This document shows, piece after piece, positions 23,700 to 36,047 of a stretch of DNA of 64,000 nucleotides. Positions within the stretch are counted from its first letter, which is position 1, and every line of letters starts with the position of its first letter. The position numbers were made by a program, and so were the translations under genes. The notes under the pieces were generated by a model. The model did not search any database. It was not told the DNA's origin and saw only the letters and a list, made by a program, of their open reading frames with translations. Origin of the DNA: Euglena gracilis (Eukaryota). Where the stretch lies: the NCBI GenBank assembly GCA_039621445.1, contig CP154954.1, positions 4,079,437 to 4,143,436 on the forward strand, written 5' to 3'.

Positions 23700-26600
23700 G
23701 GGACGCTTCAGCAGGATGCCATGGTTCCACGATGGGTTAGAAAGGGGCGATGCCATGAAAACGTAGTGCAGCATTGTGCCAAATCTTCGTATCTTGTCCC
23801 GTCAAGCACTGCTGGTTCACGCCCGACCCACCATGGTTGTTGACCACTTTCCAGACGGGGAATGCCAAATGGCCTGGAATCCATAAAAATACAGGTTCAT
23901 TATTATTATTATTACTATTACTATTATTATTGTTGTTGTTGTCTTTATTTTTATTGTGCAGTAATACTTCATGTACCTCCCCCCCCCCCCCAAGCCTGCT
24001 GGACACCAAAATGAAATCTAGACAGTTCGAATTGGGCTAATCCTTTGAGCGTGAGTGTATGGGCATCCGCAATGCTATAAGAGCTGACAAACTGGAAGGC
24101 TCGGACCTCCTGTGCATTGGGCAAGGGGGGTTTCATGGGGGGGGTAGGTACCAAGTACCTCTTGTTGACCCCCTGATTTTTGCCATTTTCGGCCATTTTC
24201 GGCCATTTTCGGCTATTTTTCCTATAGGTGGGGGGTAAAATTACGTTAAATCCTTGATGCAAAGTTTCCTCCACCATGTTGAGACGATCATCCGTCTGGG
24301 AGAAAATGCGCTAAGCATTTGCAAACATCTAACTTATAATTTCTTGTGTGAGGTGCAAAGAGGTAAGCGTTGGCGACCTTGAGGAATGCCAACCGTAGGG
24401 TAAAAAAATTGAACTTTTGTGGGATCAACCCCTTCTGTCAAAATGGACCAAAAACATAATTGTTATTGTGAATGAAATCATTGGTGGGGCAGGGGTAGTC
24501 TGAGAAAGTTGAATGACCTCCTTCGTGATGGACATTTTTATGTGGCTATTGGTGTGGATGAGACGTAACCAAATGCCACAAAGATTGATGGGATTCACCA
24601 GCCATCGAAATACATATACTTCAGAAACAAATTTCTTAGAGGACTTCCGTCATTCAGTTTCGCAAGCGGGATGTTGCAGGTGGCCATCGCACTTACAACA
24701 TCTTTTAATCTCTTTTCGTGTAATGCCATCAAAACCTCCAGCTTTGGCACAAAAAAACCCATTCGGAGGTGGTTCTTTGAGCAGGATGTGTTCCAGGTCC
24801 AGGCACAATGGCAAGAGAAGAGAGGCTGCACAGAGACAAGAATCAGTCGCACTGAAAATTGCCCCCTAGGAAAAAAGCAACCGCTAGGCAAAAAAAAAGC
24901 GAAAAAAATTTTGCAACAATTTTTTTTCATTTTCGGCCATTTTCGGCCCTTTTCGGGACCCCCACTCATGGAGCACAAAACTTCATTTTCGGCCATTTTC
25001 GGCCGTTTTCCGCCATTTTCGGCCAATATACTATAAGTGCGTCGTAGGCACCTCAAAACACAGAGAGGGAGCCAGCAAAAAGCAGTTGTCCGTCACACTC
25101 TCACCAGTGGAGTGGAGGGTTGGCGCACAGTTCAGTTGACACTGCCCACAAAAACAAGCACCCTCACACACTACCACAGGCAAAGGTATGGCACGGTCAA
25201 ACTGATCTCAGTGCAACGAAAGGTGGGAAGGAAGAAACTGTTCTCCTCAGGTAGCATATATATCAAGCAGGGCGGAACGAAAACATGACCTCCTCATCGT
25301 TGTCTCCAATCGTCCATCCTTCTATCAATGTATGTGTCAAATTTATGGGCCGACATTTCTAAGTTTATCTCTTTGCAGGTCTTAATTAAACCTCCCTCTC
25401 TCCAAGCATCACGCCACCTCAACCACGCCAGATACGATAGGGGTTTGGGTTCAGATTTGGAAATGGTAGGGTTTGGTGCAGGGAGTGGGGTTTGGAATGG
25501 GATGGGGTTAGAATTTGAAGGTTGAGGATATGGATAGGGTTTGTGTGGGGACAGGGTCAGGTCGATAAATAAGTTTAGGAAGAACGTCTGCCGTTTACTC
25601 TGGAAATATATTGTTTTTTCAACAAAAAATGATATTGGGGATTGAAGTGATACCTTCTTTAAAGTGAATTTAGATGGCCTGGAATGCATTTTTCACAATT
25701 TGGTGGTTTTTTTTTGCGCACATATGCTTTTTTGACCAACTGCGTTGCCATCACTGCACAGGTCGGCGTGCCCAACAAGCCGAGACGAACAAATGGGGAC
25801 GTACAACACCGACCTCCGGCGTCCGAGAATTTTTTTTGACAATTCCCACTTTTCATCACCCTTTTGCACACCTTTTTGGGGTTTCCACCGGAAGGCAGAA
25901 ACCGTCAATCGAAGCAGGTGCGACACGAAACACTGGTTTTCGGGGAGCAACCCCCATCCGGTGAAGCCATGGTTCCCAGCCGCTCCCCCGACAGATGTCG
26001 GTGAGTACACACCGTGCACACGGTGTTGTGGACAAAAGAATGCTTTCGTACGAAGTCATACCCTCTCTTCAAATAAACAATGGTTTTTAACTTGGTTTGC
26101 CACAGGGTGCACGCACACCGGCAGACAGCACACACCCAGCGTACACAGGCAGGGTCAGGGTGGCACATCGGAACTCGGGGGTGCCACCCCAGGGTGTGGG
26201 GCGGTACCCCCCCTCCGGTCCAGGGAAGGGCCAGATCCTTTTTGCCAAAACTGGCTGCTTGCCCAGGTGGAAATGGGAATTTGGTGAGTCTCTTTTCGGC
26301 TGGTTTTGTCCAAAAAAAGCACATTCCAAAAAATGCAAAACGGGCATTTTGGAAGCTTTTGGGAGGTCAAATAAATTATTTTCTGGTGCTCGTGCCAATC
26401 ACTTGTTAAAAAAAAACACCACCTAGCCTGCAAGCGGAACCCCCGGGGCCCAAATCAAATTTGGACTAGCTGCAGTCGACCCCCCCCGGGTTTTTTTGTG
26501 AAAAGTTATGAGGAAACCTGATCACCGGGAATGGGGTTGCATTGTTCAATGGTGTCCAGGTTGGCCTCGACATGTTCTCAACCCCCAACAACGTCCTCCC

Positions 26601-27000
26601 CCAGTTGAACGGCCATGAATGTTGGTCTGTGACCAGGGACGCGGTCGGTAAAACATTGCTTTGTCTCTGACCAGGAGGGGGGTCGACCAGATTATGAAGT
26701 GGCAGACAGGGGGAGGACTGGCCTGGATACCCCCGGAGGAGGGGAGGCTGGACTCCCTCCTGGGGGAAAAAAAGCGCCGGAAAATTTTGGACTCGAGAAA
26801 GAAGACTTGAGAAAAAATACCCCAAAATACCCTTATGTTTTTCTATATTTTCTTTTTGAAAAACGAGCAAAAATGTACATAAAATTTACGCAACGCACCG
26901 GAGAATAAAAATAAGGTTTTTGTTTTTGCTTCCTGGGGGTTCCCAGACCCCCCATCAGTCTGAAGAGCCAAATCTGGACATCAGCAATTAAATCTAGGAA
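23700..27000 (-). repeat. Macro-repeat copy 2 (partial: first three blocks only)
   Basis: 23710-24110, 25044-25285 and 26200-26460 match 341-720, 739-980 and 1200-1490. The sequence then jumps to the block equivalent to 18780. Confidence 0.8.
24152..25043 (-). mobile_element. Internally deleted hAT element with transposase relics
   Basis: TIRs caagtacctcttgt / actataagtgcgtc; TSD gtaggtac/gtaggcac, with a single gtaggcac at the empty site 736-743; (ttttcggcca)n subterminal repeats. Minus-strand peptides DVVSAMATCNIPLAKLNDGSPLRNLFLKY and FLKVANAYLFAP...RIFSQTDDRLNMVEETL. Confidence 0.85.
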
Positions 27001-27866
27001 AAACCATTTCTTGTGACCTGAAACATCAAAATAAGCAATATTTCCAGGATGTCCTGAAAAAAAATGAGTTTAAAGGTGCCCTTCACCCACAGCAATTTAG
27101 TCTGAAAATGAGGCACAATCAACAATTGCGCACATCAACCACCCAAACGTTCTTGTCGCTGTCTTGCACGGCATTCACACGGGGTCAGTCAAGGGGTGGA
27201 AAGGTCCCTTTGCCACCCGAGAGTGCGCGACTCGCGGTGGCTGGGCGCGTGTGGAAGGCCCAGCGCTGGAGGTACAACCAGCGCTGGCGGTGGAGACCGG
27301 AGGGGGGAGTGCTCCGGCTAAGTGGCAGAGGCACAACGGCGGGAGGAAGAGACCGCCAGGGCCGGAAAATGGGACGCCGAAAACGAGCCGCGGTTTCAAC
27401 ATGTTTATTTGAAAAAAACATCAAACACAACAAAAGTTCGCTGGCCCGTCAGTTTTCACAGATCCCCGTGGGGGGTACTTTGAAACCCGAGGGGGAGACC
27501 GGGCGACCCGAGGAATTCGATCCCGTTCCCCAACTTCACATCAAAGATAATTCGCCTGAGTTGGAAATGCAAAAGAAGCATTTCTGTCGATGGGATTAGA
27601 GAGTTGTGGATCAGAAATTTACAAAATGATATACCCAACACAAAAAAACGAGTTTGAAGAACAGCGTTATTGGTGCTTGCACACAGGTTGGTTCCAAATG
27701 AGGAAACCCATAGAAACGCCAACAAGGGCCAAAGGCAAAAGCCTCTGTGATCAACAGCCCATGGAGGCAACCACTTAGCAAGGTTCCCAGCAGCTTGTGC
27801 CGCTTCCACACCTCAATCGTAGCAAGCTTGCAGCACGGCTTCCGGGCTCCGACTCGGAGCCCTGAA

Positions 27867-28168
27867 CAGGCTTGTGCTTACCGACCGGGGGGGGAGGGGG
27901 TGGGTGGGTGCTAAAGGGTGTCCCCAGCAGGCACACCCCCGGGGAGGGGTGGGGTCTGGGGGGACCAGAAATTTTTCATTGAAAATGGATTTTTTTACTG
28001 GACCCCCGGGCACCTTTGCCGCCGGGGTCGGAGGGGGGTGCCTGCTATGTGCAGGCATGCCCAAAAAACCCTACCTCCTCCGGGGGGGGTCGGACGGGTG
28101 CTATAGGGTGCCTGCCCCTAGCACCCCCCCCCCCCCGTGGGGTAGGCACCCGACTAAGCACAAGCCTG
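27867..28168. mobile_element. hAT-like MITE with perfect 14-bp CAG...CTG TIRs
   Basis: caggcttgtgctta / taagcacaagcctg; gctccgac duplicated (27846-27853, 28169-28176) and single at the empty site 23161-23168. Confidence 0.85.
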
Positions 28169-28837
28169 GCTCCGACACCCAAAGGAATTGGGGAAGGTTT
28201 TCTTCGGAAACAGATATTTCGGGGATTCTGGTGAATTGGTGAATTCTTTTTACTCCGAAGCGTACCGAGTTTCAGTCTGGATTCCACTTACCTCCCCATC
28301 CTCCCCCGGGGCATGATTGAAGGTACGGACGGGGGGGGGGGCAAAATCAGGGGGGCCAAATCTGCATGTCAAGAATTTCGGCGGCCATGTGCAAAAGGCC
28401 AAAGGCCAACTTTAGGGGGGGGGTATTTCAGGAGGATGGGGGCTGAAAAAAAGCACTCTTTTCAAAAAAAGTTTGGTGCCTGCGGCGCCGAAGTATAGCA
28501 CCGGTGGAATGTGGGCTTGGCCGGCCCACCCCACCCTCCCCCCCCCCCCCCGGGGTCCAAGATAAAAAAAAATCCCTGATGAGGACCAATAACCTGGGGG
28601 GGGGGACCAAATTAAAAAACTGCGACAAATGCGCAAAATCCGCACATGACCCTCGTGAACCAGCAGGTTTGACTTCAAAATTCACTCACCAGCATTTTAG
28701 AATACCCGAAGAAGCCTGTGCTCCAAGCAGGGGAAAGCGTGGGAAGCTGTACAATTTAGTCTGTCCAAAAGTGGTACAAAAGCTGTCGGCGGGGGAGATT
28801 GGTTGATTGGCATAGGTTGAAGCAGTCAAACTTACTA

Positions 28838-29017
28838 CCTCCCCCCCCTTTGTCGTTGACACGCCAATGTTCCAGGAGAGTGCCGTTGACACGGGGGGTG
28901 TGTCAACGACACGCCATGTCAATGTCACTGTGATTCAATAGGTAGTGTTCCAGAAAAGTGTCGTTGACACGGGGGGTGTGTCAACGACACGCCGTGTCAA
29001 CGACAAGGGGGGGGAGG
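28838..29017. mobile_element. Short MITE, probable TA TSD
   Basis: ta|cctccccccccctttgtcgttgacacg ... cgtgtcaacgacaaggggggggagg|ca, with an internal repeated palindrome gttgacacggggggtgtgtcaac. Confidence 0.75.
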
Positions 29018-31629
29018 CACATGTGTATGCATTCATACATATGTGGCATGGTACTTTCAACTTCCGAAAGCCAAGCGCGTCCCTGTCCCAGAAATTCAAG
29101 ATGTTGTTCACAAAAATATTGCAAACCCCCCAGGAGCCCCAAACACAAAGCCCGCCAATGGTGCCATTCAGGAGAAAGCAGAAAAGTTTTGGGTGCACAT
29201 AATCAGTTTCACCAGAAAATGTCAAATTTGGACAAAAAAAATGTCCATTATTTGGGGAAAATAGCGTGTAAACACATTTTGTGTTGTTCACCCAGATCAC
29301 TGACGACTTCCCCCACCAAAATGTAAAGCCCCGCCCCCCCCTGTGGATCTTGAAATCCCACCAAAAATATTAAAGTTGGGGAAGCAGAACATTTGGGGGG
29401 TTCTGGTGTAGTTGAGACTCTTATTCACATGGACCAATTCACAATGTCCAATCCAACTCAAAAAAATTAGGCTGCAACCTTCAACAAATGATACAGCCAG
29501 TGGGGGACGCTTCAGCACATTGCATGGTTCCACAATGGGTTAGAAAGGGAGCATGCCATGAAAACGTAGTGCAGCATTGTGCCAAATCTTCCGATATCTT
29601 GTCCGTCAAGCACTGCTGGTTCACGCCCGACCCCCCATCGTTGGTTAACCACTTTCGAACGGGGAATGCGAAATGGCCTGGATGCAGGGGTTTTTTAAAA
29701 ACCGGGGGGGGGGGAGGGGGGGCCATCAACCCACCCATCCCCTGGGGGGGGGTACCCGGGGGGGGGGGTCCCGTGGGACCCACTCAAAAAAATGGAAAAC
29801 TCCAAAAACATCACCTTTTCAAAAGACAAGGAGCCAGACAAGGAAAAAAAAGCAAAAAGCAGTTTTCCATCACACTCTCACCAGTGGAGTGGAGGGTTTG
29901 AGCACAGTTCAGTTGACACTGCACACACGCCCACTAAAACAAGCACCCTCACACTTACCACAGGCAAAGGTGTGGCACGGTCAAACTGGTCGCAGTGCAA
30001 CGAATGAGGTGAGAAGGAAGAAAGTGCTCTCTTACTGTATTCCAGCAAGCAGGTAGCATATATAGCAAGCAGGGCAGAACGAATAAATTTTGAAAACTTA
30101 GTCAGATTGCAGGTGTAAAGGTTCAGGACCAGTGGAGCTGAATCGAGTGCCAATGCGAAAAATCAGCACGATGGGACAACTTGCAATGCAAATCAAGACC
30201 GGTAATCAAAAACCAAACACACAAACATACACAAACATAAACACGCACATACACACATGCAAACCCAGGCTTGGGATCCCGAGGGGCTTTGAAAACCTGC
30301 CACTGGAAAATCCACCACTTCTCTCTCCTGAACGGTTCGGGGTCCGGGTCCCCCAGGCCCCCCAACTGGTAAAAACAGGCTGCACGCCCAGGCAAAAATG
30401 GGTGTTCGGTGAGATTTTTTTTCGTTTTGTTTTGTACAAAAAAAAACATTCCAAAAAACGGGATTTTTGGCAGGCTTTGGGGGGACAAAATTTTTTCCGG
30501 TGCTTCCTGCCAGTCACTTGCACACCACTAGCCTGCAAGCGGACCCTCCCCCAGGGGGTCCAAGCCAAGTTTGGACTAGCTGCAGTCGACCCCCCAGTCT
30601 CTGACCAGGAGGCGGTCACTAAAATATTTTTTTGTCTCTGACAAGGAGGGGGTTCAACCAGGTTATGAAATGAGCGGGCAGGGGGGGGGGGGCTGGTCCG
30701 GACCTCCTGGAGGGGGGACGGTGTTGGACTCTCTCCTGGGGAAAAAAACAAAGCGCTGTAGAAATTTGGACTTGAGAAAGGCCCAAAAACAACATTTTTT
30801 GATTTTTTTTTGAAAAACAAGCAAAATGTTCAGGAAAAAAATCATGTGTTCCGGCGCAAAGCCGGAGAACAAAAAAGTGTTTTTGGTTCCTCGGGGTTCC
30901 AACCCCCCATCAGTCTGAAGAAGGGAGGGGGGTGGTCTGGAACCCCCTGTACAAAACCAACGCTGCGATTGAGAAAAAATTAAAAAAATAAGGCACCCAA
31001 ATAAGACGCCTGGTGCGAAGCATCAGGGGGAGGGAAAAATATTTTCTGAAAAAAAACGAGACTTGCTTTTTTGAGGAGTTAAGAGAGAAGGGGAATTGAT
31101 ATCGGAGACCTTCGGAAAAATTGCTGAAAAATTGCTGGACTTGCGGAAAAATTGCGCAAAAAATTGTGGAAATTGTGGTTTTAGGAATGAATACACTTCT
31201 GCTGGAGAGAGCATAAAAAATTTTTTGCACAAATTTGGTCATTTTGCAACATATATGGAACTTTTGAGCTGCAATTCGCATCTTTCCACCAAAGAGGTCC
31301 AAAAAAAAAACACGACTTTTGGAATTTTGGGAACATGCTGATTCTGGAAATATGGAATTCATTTGGTGAAAAATCCCCTCCCCCCCAAAAAATGGCAAAA
31401 AAACAGCTGAAACGTTTGGTCTCTGATAAAATGGATTGTGAGTTTTTCTAATCGAAATTACTTCCCAATCTGCAACATGACAACAAAAAATCACCTCTGT
31501 TCCCTAGTGGAACGTTCAAAGAATGGCTAGAACCCATTGTGGAAATGTAAAAAATGGAGGGAAGATTGCCGGAAAAAATTGTTACAGAAATAATGGAAGA
31601 ATTGCAAATATCAAATCCCCCCCTGTCGA

Positions 31630-32640
31630 TCGGCCCACGGTGAGGGTGGTGCGGTCTCATTTTTCGCTGAGCTCTTATCCCTTTAGAGTAAAAGCGAAGC
31701 TTGCCACCCAGGAAAAAGGGGTGTATAAAGACCCTCCCCCCTCCTGGGATGGTTATGAAAACCGCAGATTATCACCATGACCTTGGCCCGGTTCCCGGAA
31801 AAACTTTTTTCCAGTCACGAGAGACTGGATTTCTAGTTTTCGAATCACCTTTGTGTGACCCCGAGTTATTCACCCGCGAAGGGTGGGGGTTCGTCAACCC
31901 CCCAGTTTCAACTCTGCCATTTTGCCGGGGGGGGGATTTACGGTCATAAATCGACTTTCGAAAATATCTCGAGAAAACATAATTTCCGGAAGTGTCGGTC
32001 AGAAGAAATGTACCCCTGGAGGACCTCTATCACCCTCCGTTCGCCGTTTTGGCTGCTGAGACACCTGGCCCGTGTTCCGGCGCGCTTTTGTGGCCCAAAA
32101 CAGCCATTTTGGGTTTTTTTGGGACGGTTTTTGAGGTCAAAATAATCGATATTTCCAAAATATCTGGACAATGAAGCAAAATCAAAGGAAAAATCCGGAG
32201 AGCAAACCTGGGAATGCCCCACCCAACGTTGCTTTCCTTTTCCCCCAAATCTTCGGGTAGCCCGAGTTACAGCCATTTTTTTAATGAATTTTGGCACGTT
32301 TCTGGGGCCATTTTGGGCTATTTTAGAGGTCAGAAATTGATGTTTCTAAAATATCTCGGAAATGAAACAAAATCATAAAGGCCCGGAGACCTAAATTGAA
32401 GCCCTTGGAACGCCCTACCTAATGGCATTTTGATTTTCCCGTAACTCCCTGCCAAGCCCGAGATATGGCCATTTACGGCCCAAAACAGCGCGGCGGGCTT
32501 CCTTCGGACTCTCGGGCCCAGGAAGTCGAAAAAAAGCGAAAATTTATTCTGCCTAAATCCATGTATTTTTTTGGCCTCCTGGACCCAGAAAAAACTGTTC
32601 TCGAGCAGAAAATGAGTGTTTTTTCGACCTGTTCTGAGCC
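31630..32640. repeat. Inverted, diverged copy of the right arm of the 43488-48738 element
   Basis: Reverse complement of ~47750-48680 (e.g. gctgagctcttatcccttt vs aaagggataagagctcagc); a shorter relative lies at 21375-21560. Confidence 0.75.
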
Positions 32641-32657
32641 CGAACCCCATGCTTTTT

Positions 32658-34026
32658 CTTAGGCGGCCCACAAAATTATGTTTCTGGATGGCCCGCTGAT
32701 CTGCGGTGTCACGGCCCCTTTGTCACACCGTTCATCAACGGCGTCATGGGCACTAAACCTCATCCCTTGAAAGACAAAATTGTGCTTATAAGCGCAAATG
32801 AGCGCACCAACATAATCATGTTGGTGCGCATTTGCGCCCATAAACACAATTTTATCCTTCAAGGGTTGGGCTTCTTCTGCCGGTCTGTGCAGATCAGGGA
32901 ATTTCTTAAGGACCCCCCGGGGGGGGGGGGTCCAGCCTCCGGCTGGCAAAAAGGCTGCTGGCTGGAAATGAGCTGCTGGCTGGACCCCCCGGGGGGGGGG
33001 TCCGGGGCTGGAGGGGTCTGGGCTGTGCTGGGTCGGTTAAAAACAAAAATTTCTAACAAATTTTTCCCGTTTTCGACAATTTGATGGATAGAGCTAGCTC
33101 AAGGCTGGGGGGCTGCGATGGAGGAAGCTTTGATGAGGGGGAAAAATGCATGGATAGTTGAACTGGGCCGCCCAATTGGCTGGACAGCCTGCGGCCGGCT
33201 GGCCCGGCCTCCGGCCGGGCTGGACCCGACTTTATTTCAGTCGCCCCCCGGGGTGGGGGGATCCCAGCCCGAATTTGGACTGCTGGCTGGATTTGAGCTG
33301 GCTGGCTGGCTTGGCCCCCCCCCCCCCCGAGGGGGTAGGGACCCTCTGGCTTAAGAAATTCCCTATTATATATAATTATTAATTATATAATATAATTACT
33401 ATAATATAATACTATATAATATAATTATATATATTTTATAGTATAAATTGGGTGGGCGACACCCGTCCCTTTCATTCACTGTGCACCCTATTTCTTCCCC
33501 TCTGCGCACCCTTTGCCAAACACCCCGCACTTGTCTTACTTACCCTATGTCCTTCCCGCCGGCTTGGTCACACCACACCCACACACCCCGGCACTTCCTC
33601 CCTGCGCTTTACCAAACTCCCCAAAAACACCACACCAAGGCGCCGCAAGAAAAACAGTTCTGCAATCACCCAGGACACACAGCGCCGGCAGATCGGGTTC
33701 ACCGGGGGAAACAACAAAAAAGAGCAAAAAGGGCAGTAAAGATCCTGTGCCGCTTTTTTTTTGTGTTTTTTTTCCACTCCCGGGGGGGAAGGTCCCGGGG
33801 TTTTCGAAATTCCGAGCCAATTTCCGGAGCCCCAAAAACACCATTTCCCCCCAAAGTAACAGGGGTCACACCGCCAAAAACAGAACTTTGCTCATTTTTT
33901 GCACCTCTTGTTGCCGTGTTTTCAAACCCCCTGGAGCCACACAACCGGAAAAAAAATTAATTAGGTAATTTGCGCAAATGCACAAACCAACACGAAAAAG
34001 CTTAAATGCAAATCCGGCTGCTTGAG
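32658..34026. mobile_element. CTTAGG-ended TIR element with nested hAT-like MITE
   Basis: Left cttaggcggccc, right gcaaatccggctgcttgag; flanks ttttt/ttttg (4/5 match). Confidence 0.6.
32895..33365. mobile_element. hAT-like MITE related to the candidate intron family
   Basis: TIRs cagggaatttcttaag / cttaagaaattcccta (15/16); internal aaaaaggctgctggctgg motif shared with 36270-36584. No TSD seen; an AT-rich microsatellite follows. Confidence 0.75.
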
Positions 34027-36047
34027 TTTTGGGTCATTTCCCGGTTAAAAATGTCGAAATAAATTTACGGGTCAAAGATGTCGACAAAAAAAAAGTTGCT
34101 TTTTTTTATACCGAAATCATCTTTTTGGGCTTCCCGGACTGTGCTGAGCCGGGCCGCCGGGCCATCGGCCAGGCCAGGCCTGGCCGCTGGGCCGTCAGGC
34201 CGGGCCGGGCTGTTGGGCTGCCAGCCTTGCCGCCAGGCTGGGTCGGGGCCAGGCCGGGCCGCCCAGGCTGCCACGAGCCCCAAACATCTGCTGCAGCATG
34301 GCACCATCAGGCACGTAAAGAGCTCCGCTCTGCACAAAACCTGGAGCGTACCCTGGGGTCCACAGACAAATGGAGGGAAGGGGAGCCCGGGCCGGCGAAA
34401 ACTTCGCCATATGGGAACTCCCCCCCATGGGCGCTTGACCCGGGCCACGATGGAAGGCAAGGCGGGGGGGGACAACCTTAGGGGGCCAAATTTGTACCTT
34501 TGTGATTGTACCTCCCCCCCCCCACGCCCAGTGAACACTAAGGTGACATTCTAGACGGTTCGAACAGGGGGGCGTTCATTGGGCATCGGGGTACGATTTC
34601 TGTGTAGATAAGGATTATGGTGACGATCTAAACGGTCCGAACAGCCCCTGTTCATTGGGCCAATGGCATTCATTGGGCATGGGGGGGGTTAGAAATGTGG
34701 TGGGCCAGAGGCAAAATAAACCAAAACCCTTAAAAATAGGAAGGCCAAGCTTTAGGGGGGCCAAATTTGCATGGAAGGAGGGGTGGGGTGGTGGCAAGCT
34801 ACTGAGGGAGGCCATTTCGGCATTTGACTTTCAATTCATTACTGGAGCCATTTATCACCGTTTCAGGGTCACTATTTGACCAGTTTGCCACTTCTGGCCA
34901 GTCATTTGTTGCGAGCTAGCACAATGACAAGCTGCTTTTAAAAATTCACGTCGAATTTCAGACATTTTTAGGAATGTGTTACCCTTTTTCATCATCATAT
35001 TGAATTTTTATCGGCGCAATAATTTTCATTTTTGGTCTCTTGACCTTTTTTATTAGCAAAAAGCAAAAAAAAATATACATACAAATTCATGGAGCCATCG
35101 TATCCAAAAAGATCGCATTGGACCAGAAGAGAATACGGCGCACCCGCTTGAATCCATGCCAACATATCTTCATTTTCAGAAGGTCTTCAGTTGCATCAAT
35201 TAATTGACAAATCAACCACAGAAACACACACGTCAACCAGGAAAAGCTGCCTTTTTCGGCAAGAATGTTGTGCAGAGTGTGGTCCAGTGGTGCCGCATTG
35301 GTGCGCTTCTGATGGTGGGGACTTGGGTGGGCCAGAAAGCGGTCAGCCGGAATAAAAGTGTTTTTCACACAAGACACCCGCCTGGCTGGGACGGCAACGG
35401 TGAGCGCATTTGACTGTTTGGGGGGCTTCCAAGGCAGCCAACCCAGCATTGGACTCAAGGCCAGGCAGGAGGTCCAACTAACCCTTGGGGTTTAAGGAGC
35501 CGGGGAGCGCCACCCCCCCAAACTGTGGCATGATGGTATATCGGTGTGGCACAAAAGAACGAGGAGAGTAAAACCTAATCAGGACCCCCAGAAATGGGAT
35601 GTGGCTATGCAAATCAGAAGAAAATAAACGAGTTGTTACATCACTTATCCTGCCGAGTTCTGTTACCAGAAAATTATTCTGACACTATATTGTTGATGTA
35701 TAATATCAATACGATTAAAATATATGTATAATACGTGTAATATAATTTTTTTCGTGTTCATTTGGGGGTATCCTGGATGTTTGAGTAATTTCCTGCTGAT
35801 AAATACCATAAGATATATTGCCGTGATAAGAGTAAAACACGTCCCCAAAGAACTGTGATGTCAAACCAGCCAATTACCAGACTTGTTTCTCCCAGAACCT
35901 GGGCGGAGGAAAAAAAGTGCGCCACGAGTTCTTGATCATCACAGAAAGGCTTGAAAATACCCATAATAAGAAGGAAAGAGTTTTAAAAATGTTCAGAAAA
36001 TATTCAGAAAAAATTCAAAAAGGATCATATCCAAAAAAAATAGCTAA

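Larger units (their letters stand above)
341..23700 (-). repeat. Macro-repeat copy 1: decayed multi-block unit, probably a pseudogenised multi-exon gene
   Basis: Blocks recur in the same order later in the window: 341-720~23710-24110 (first part also 29510-29680); 739-1090~29820-30240; 1160-1490~30265-30580; 1990-2400~31000-31600; 3085-4440~34870-36500; 5450-6730~36510-38280; 7450-8400~39450-40520; 8750-9850~52090-53210; 10550-12445~53700-55815; 13150-14180~56545-59535; 18300-19000~61150-61990. Confidence 0.85.

Noticed and set aside
27864-28173. Plus-strand non-conventional intron (t|gaaCAG...CTGgctcc|g fits the pattern)
   Set aside because: It is on the strand opposite the inferred gene, and splicing would leave the palindromic filler rather than restore the empty site.
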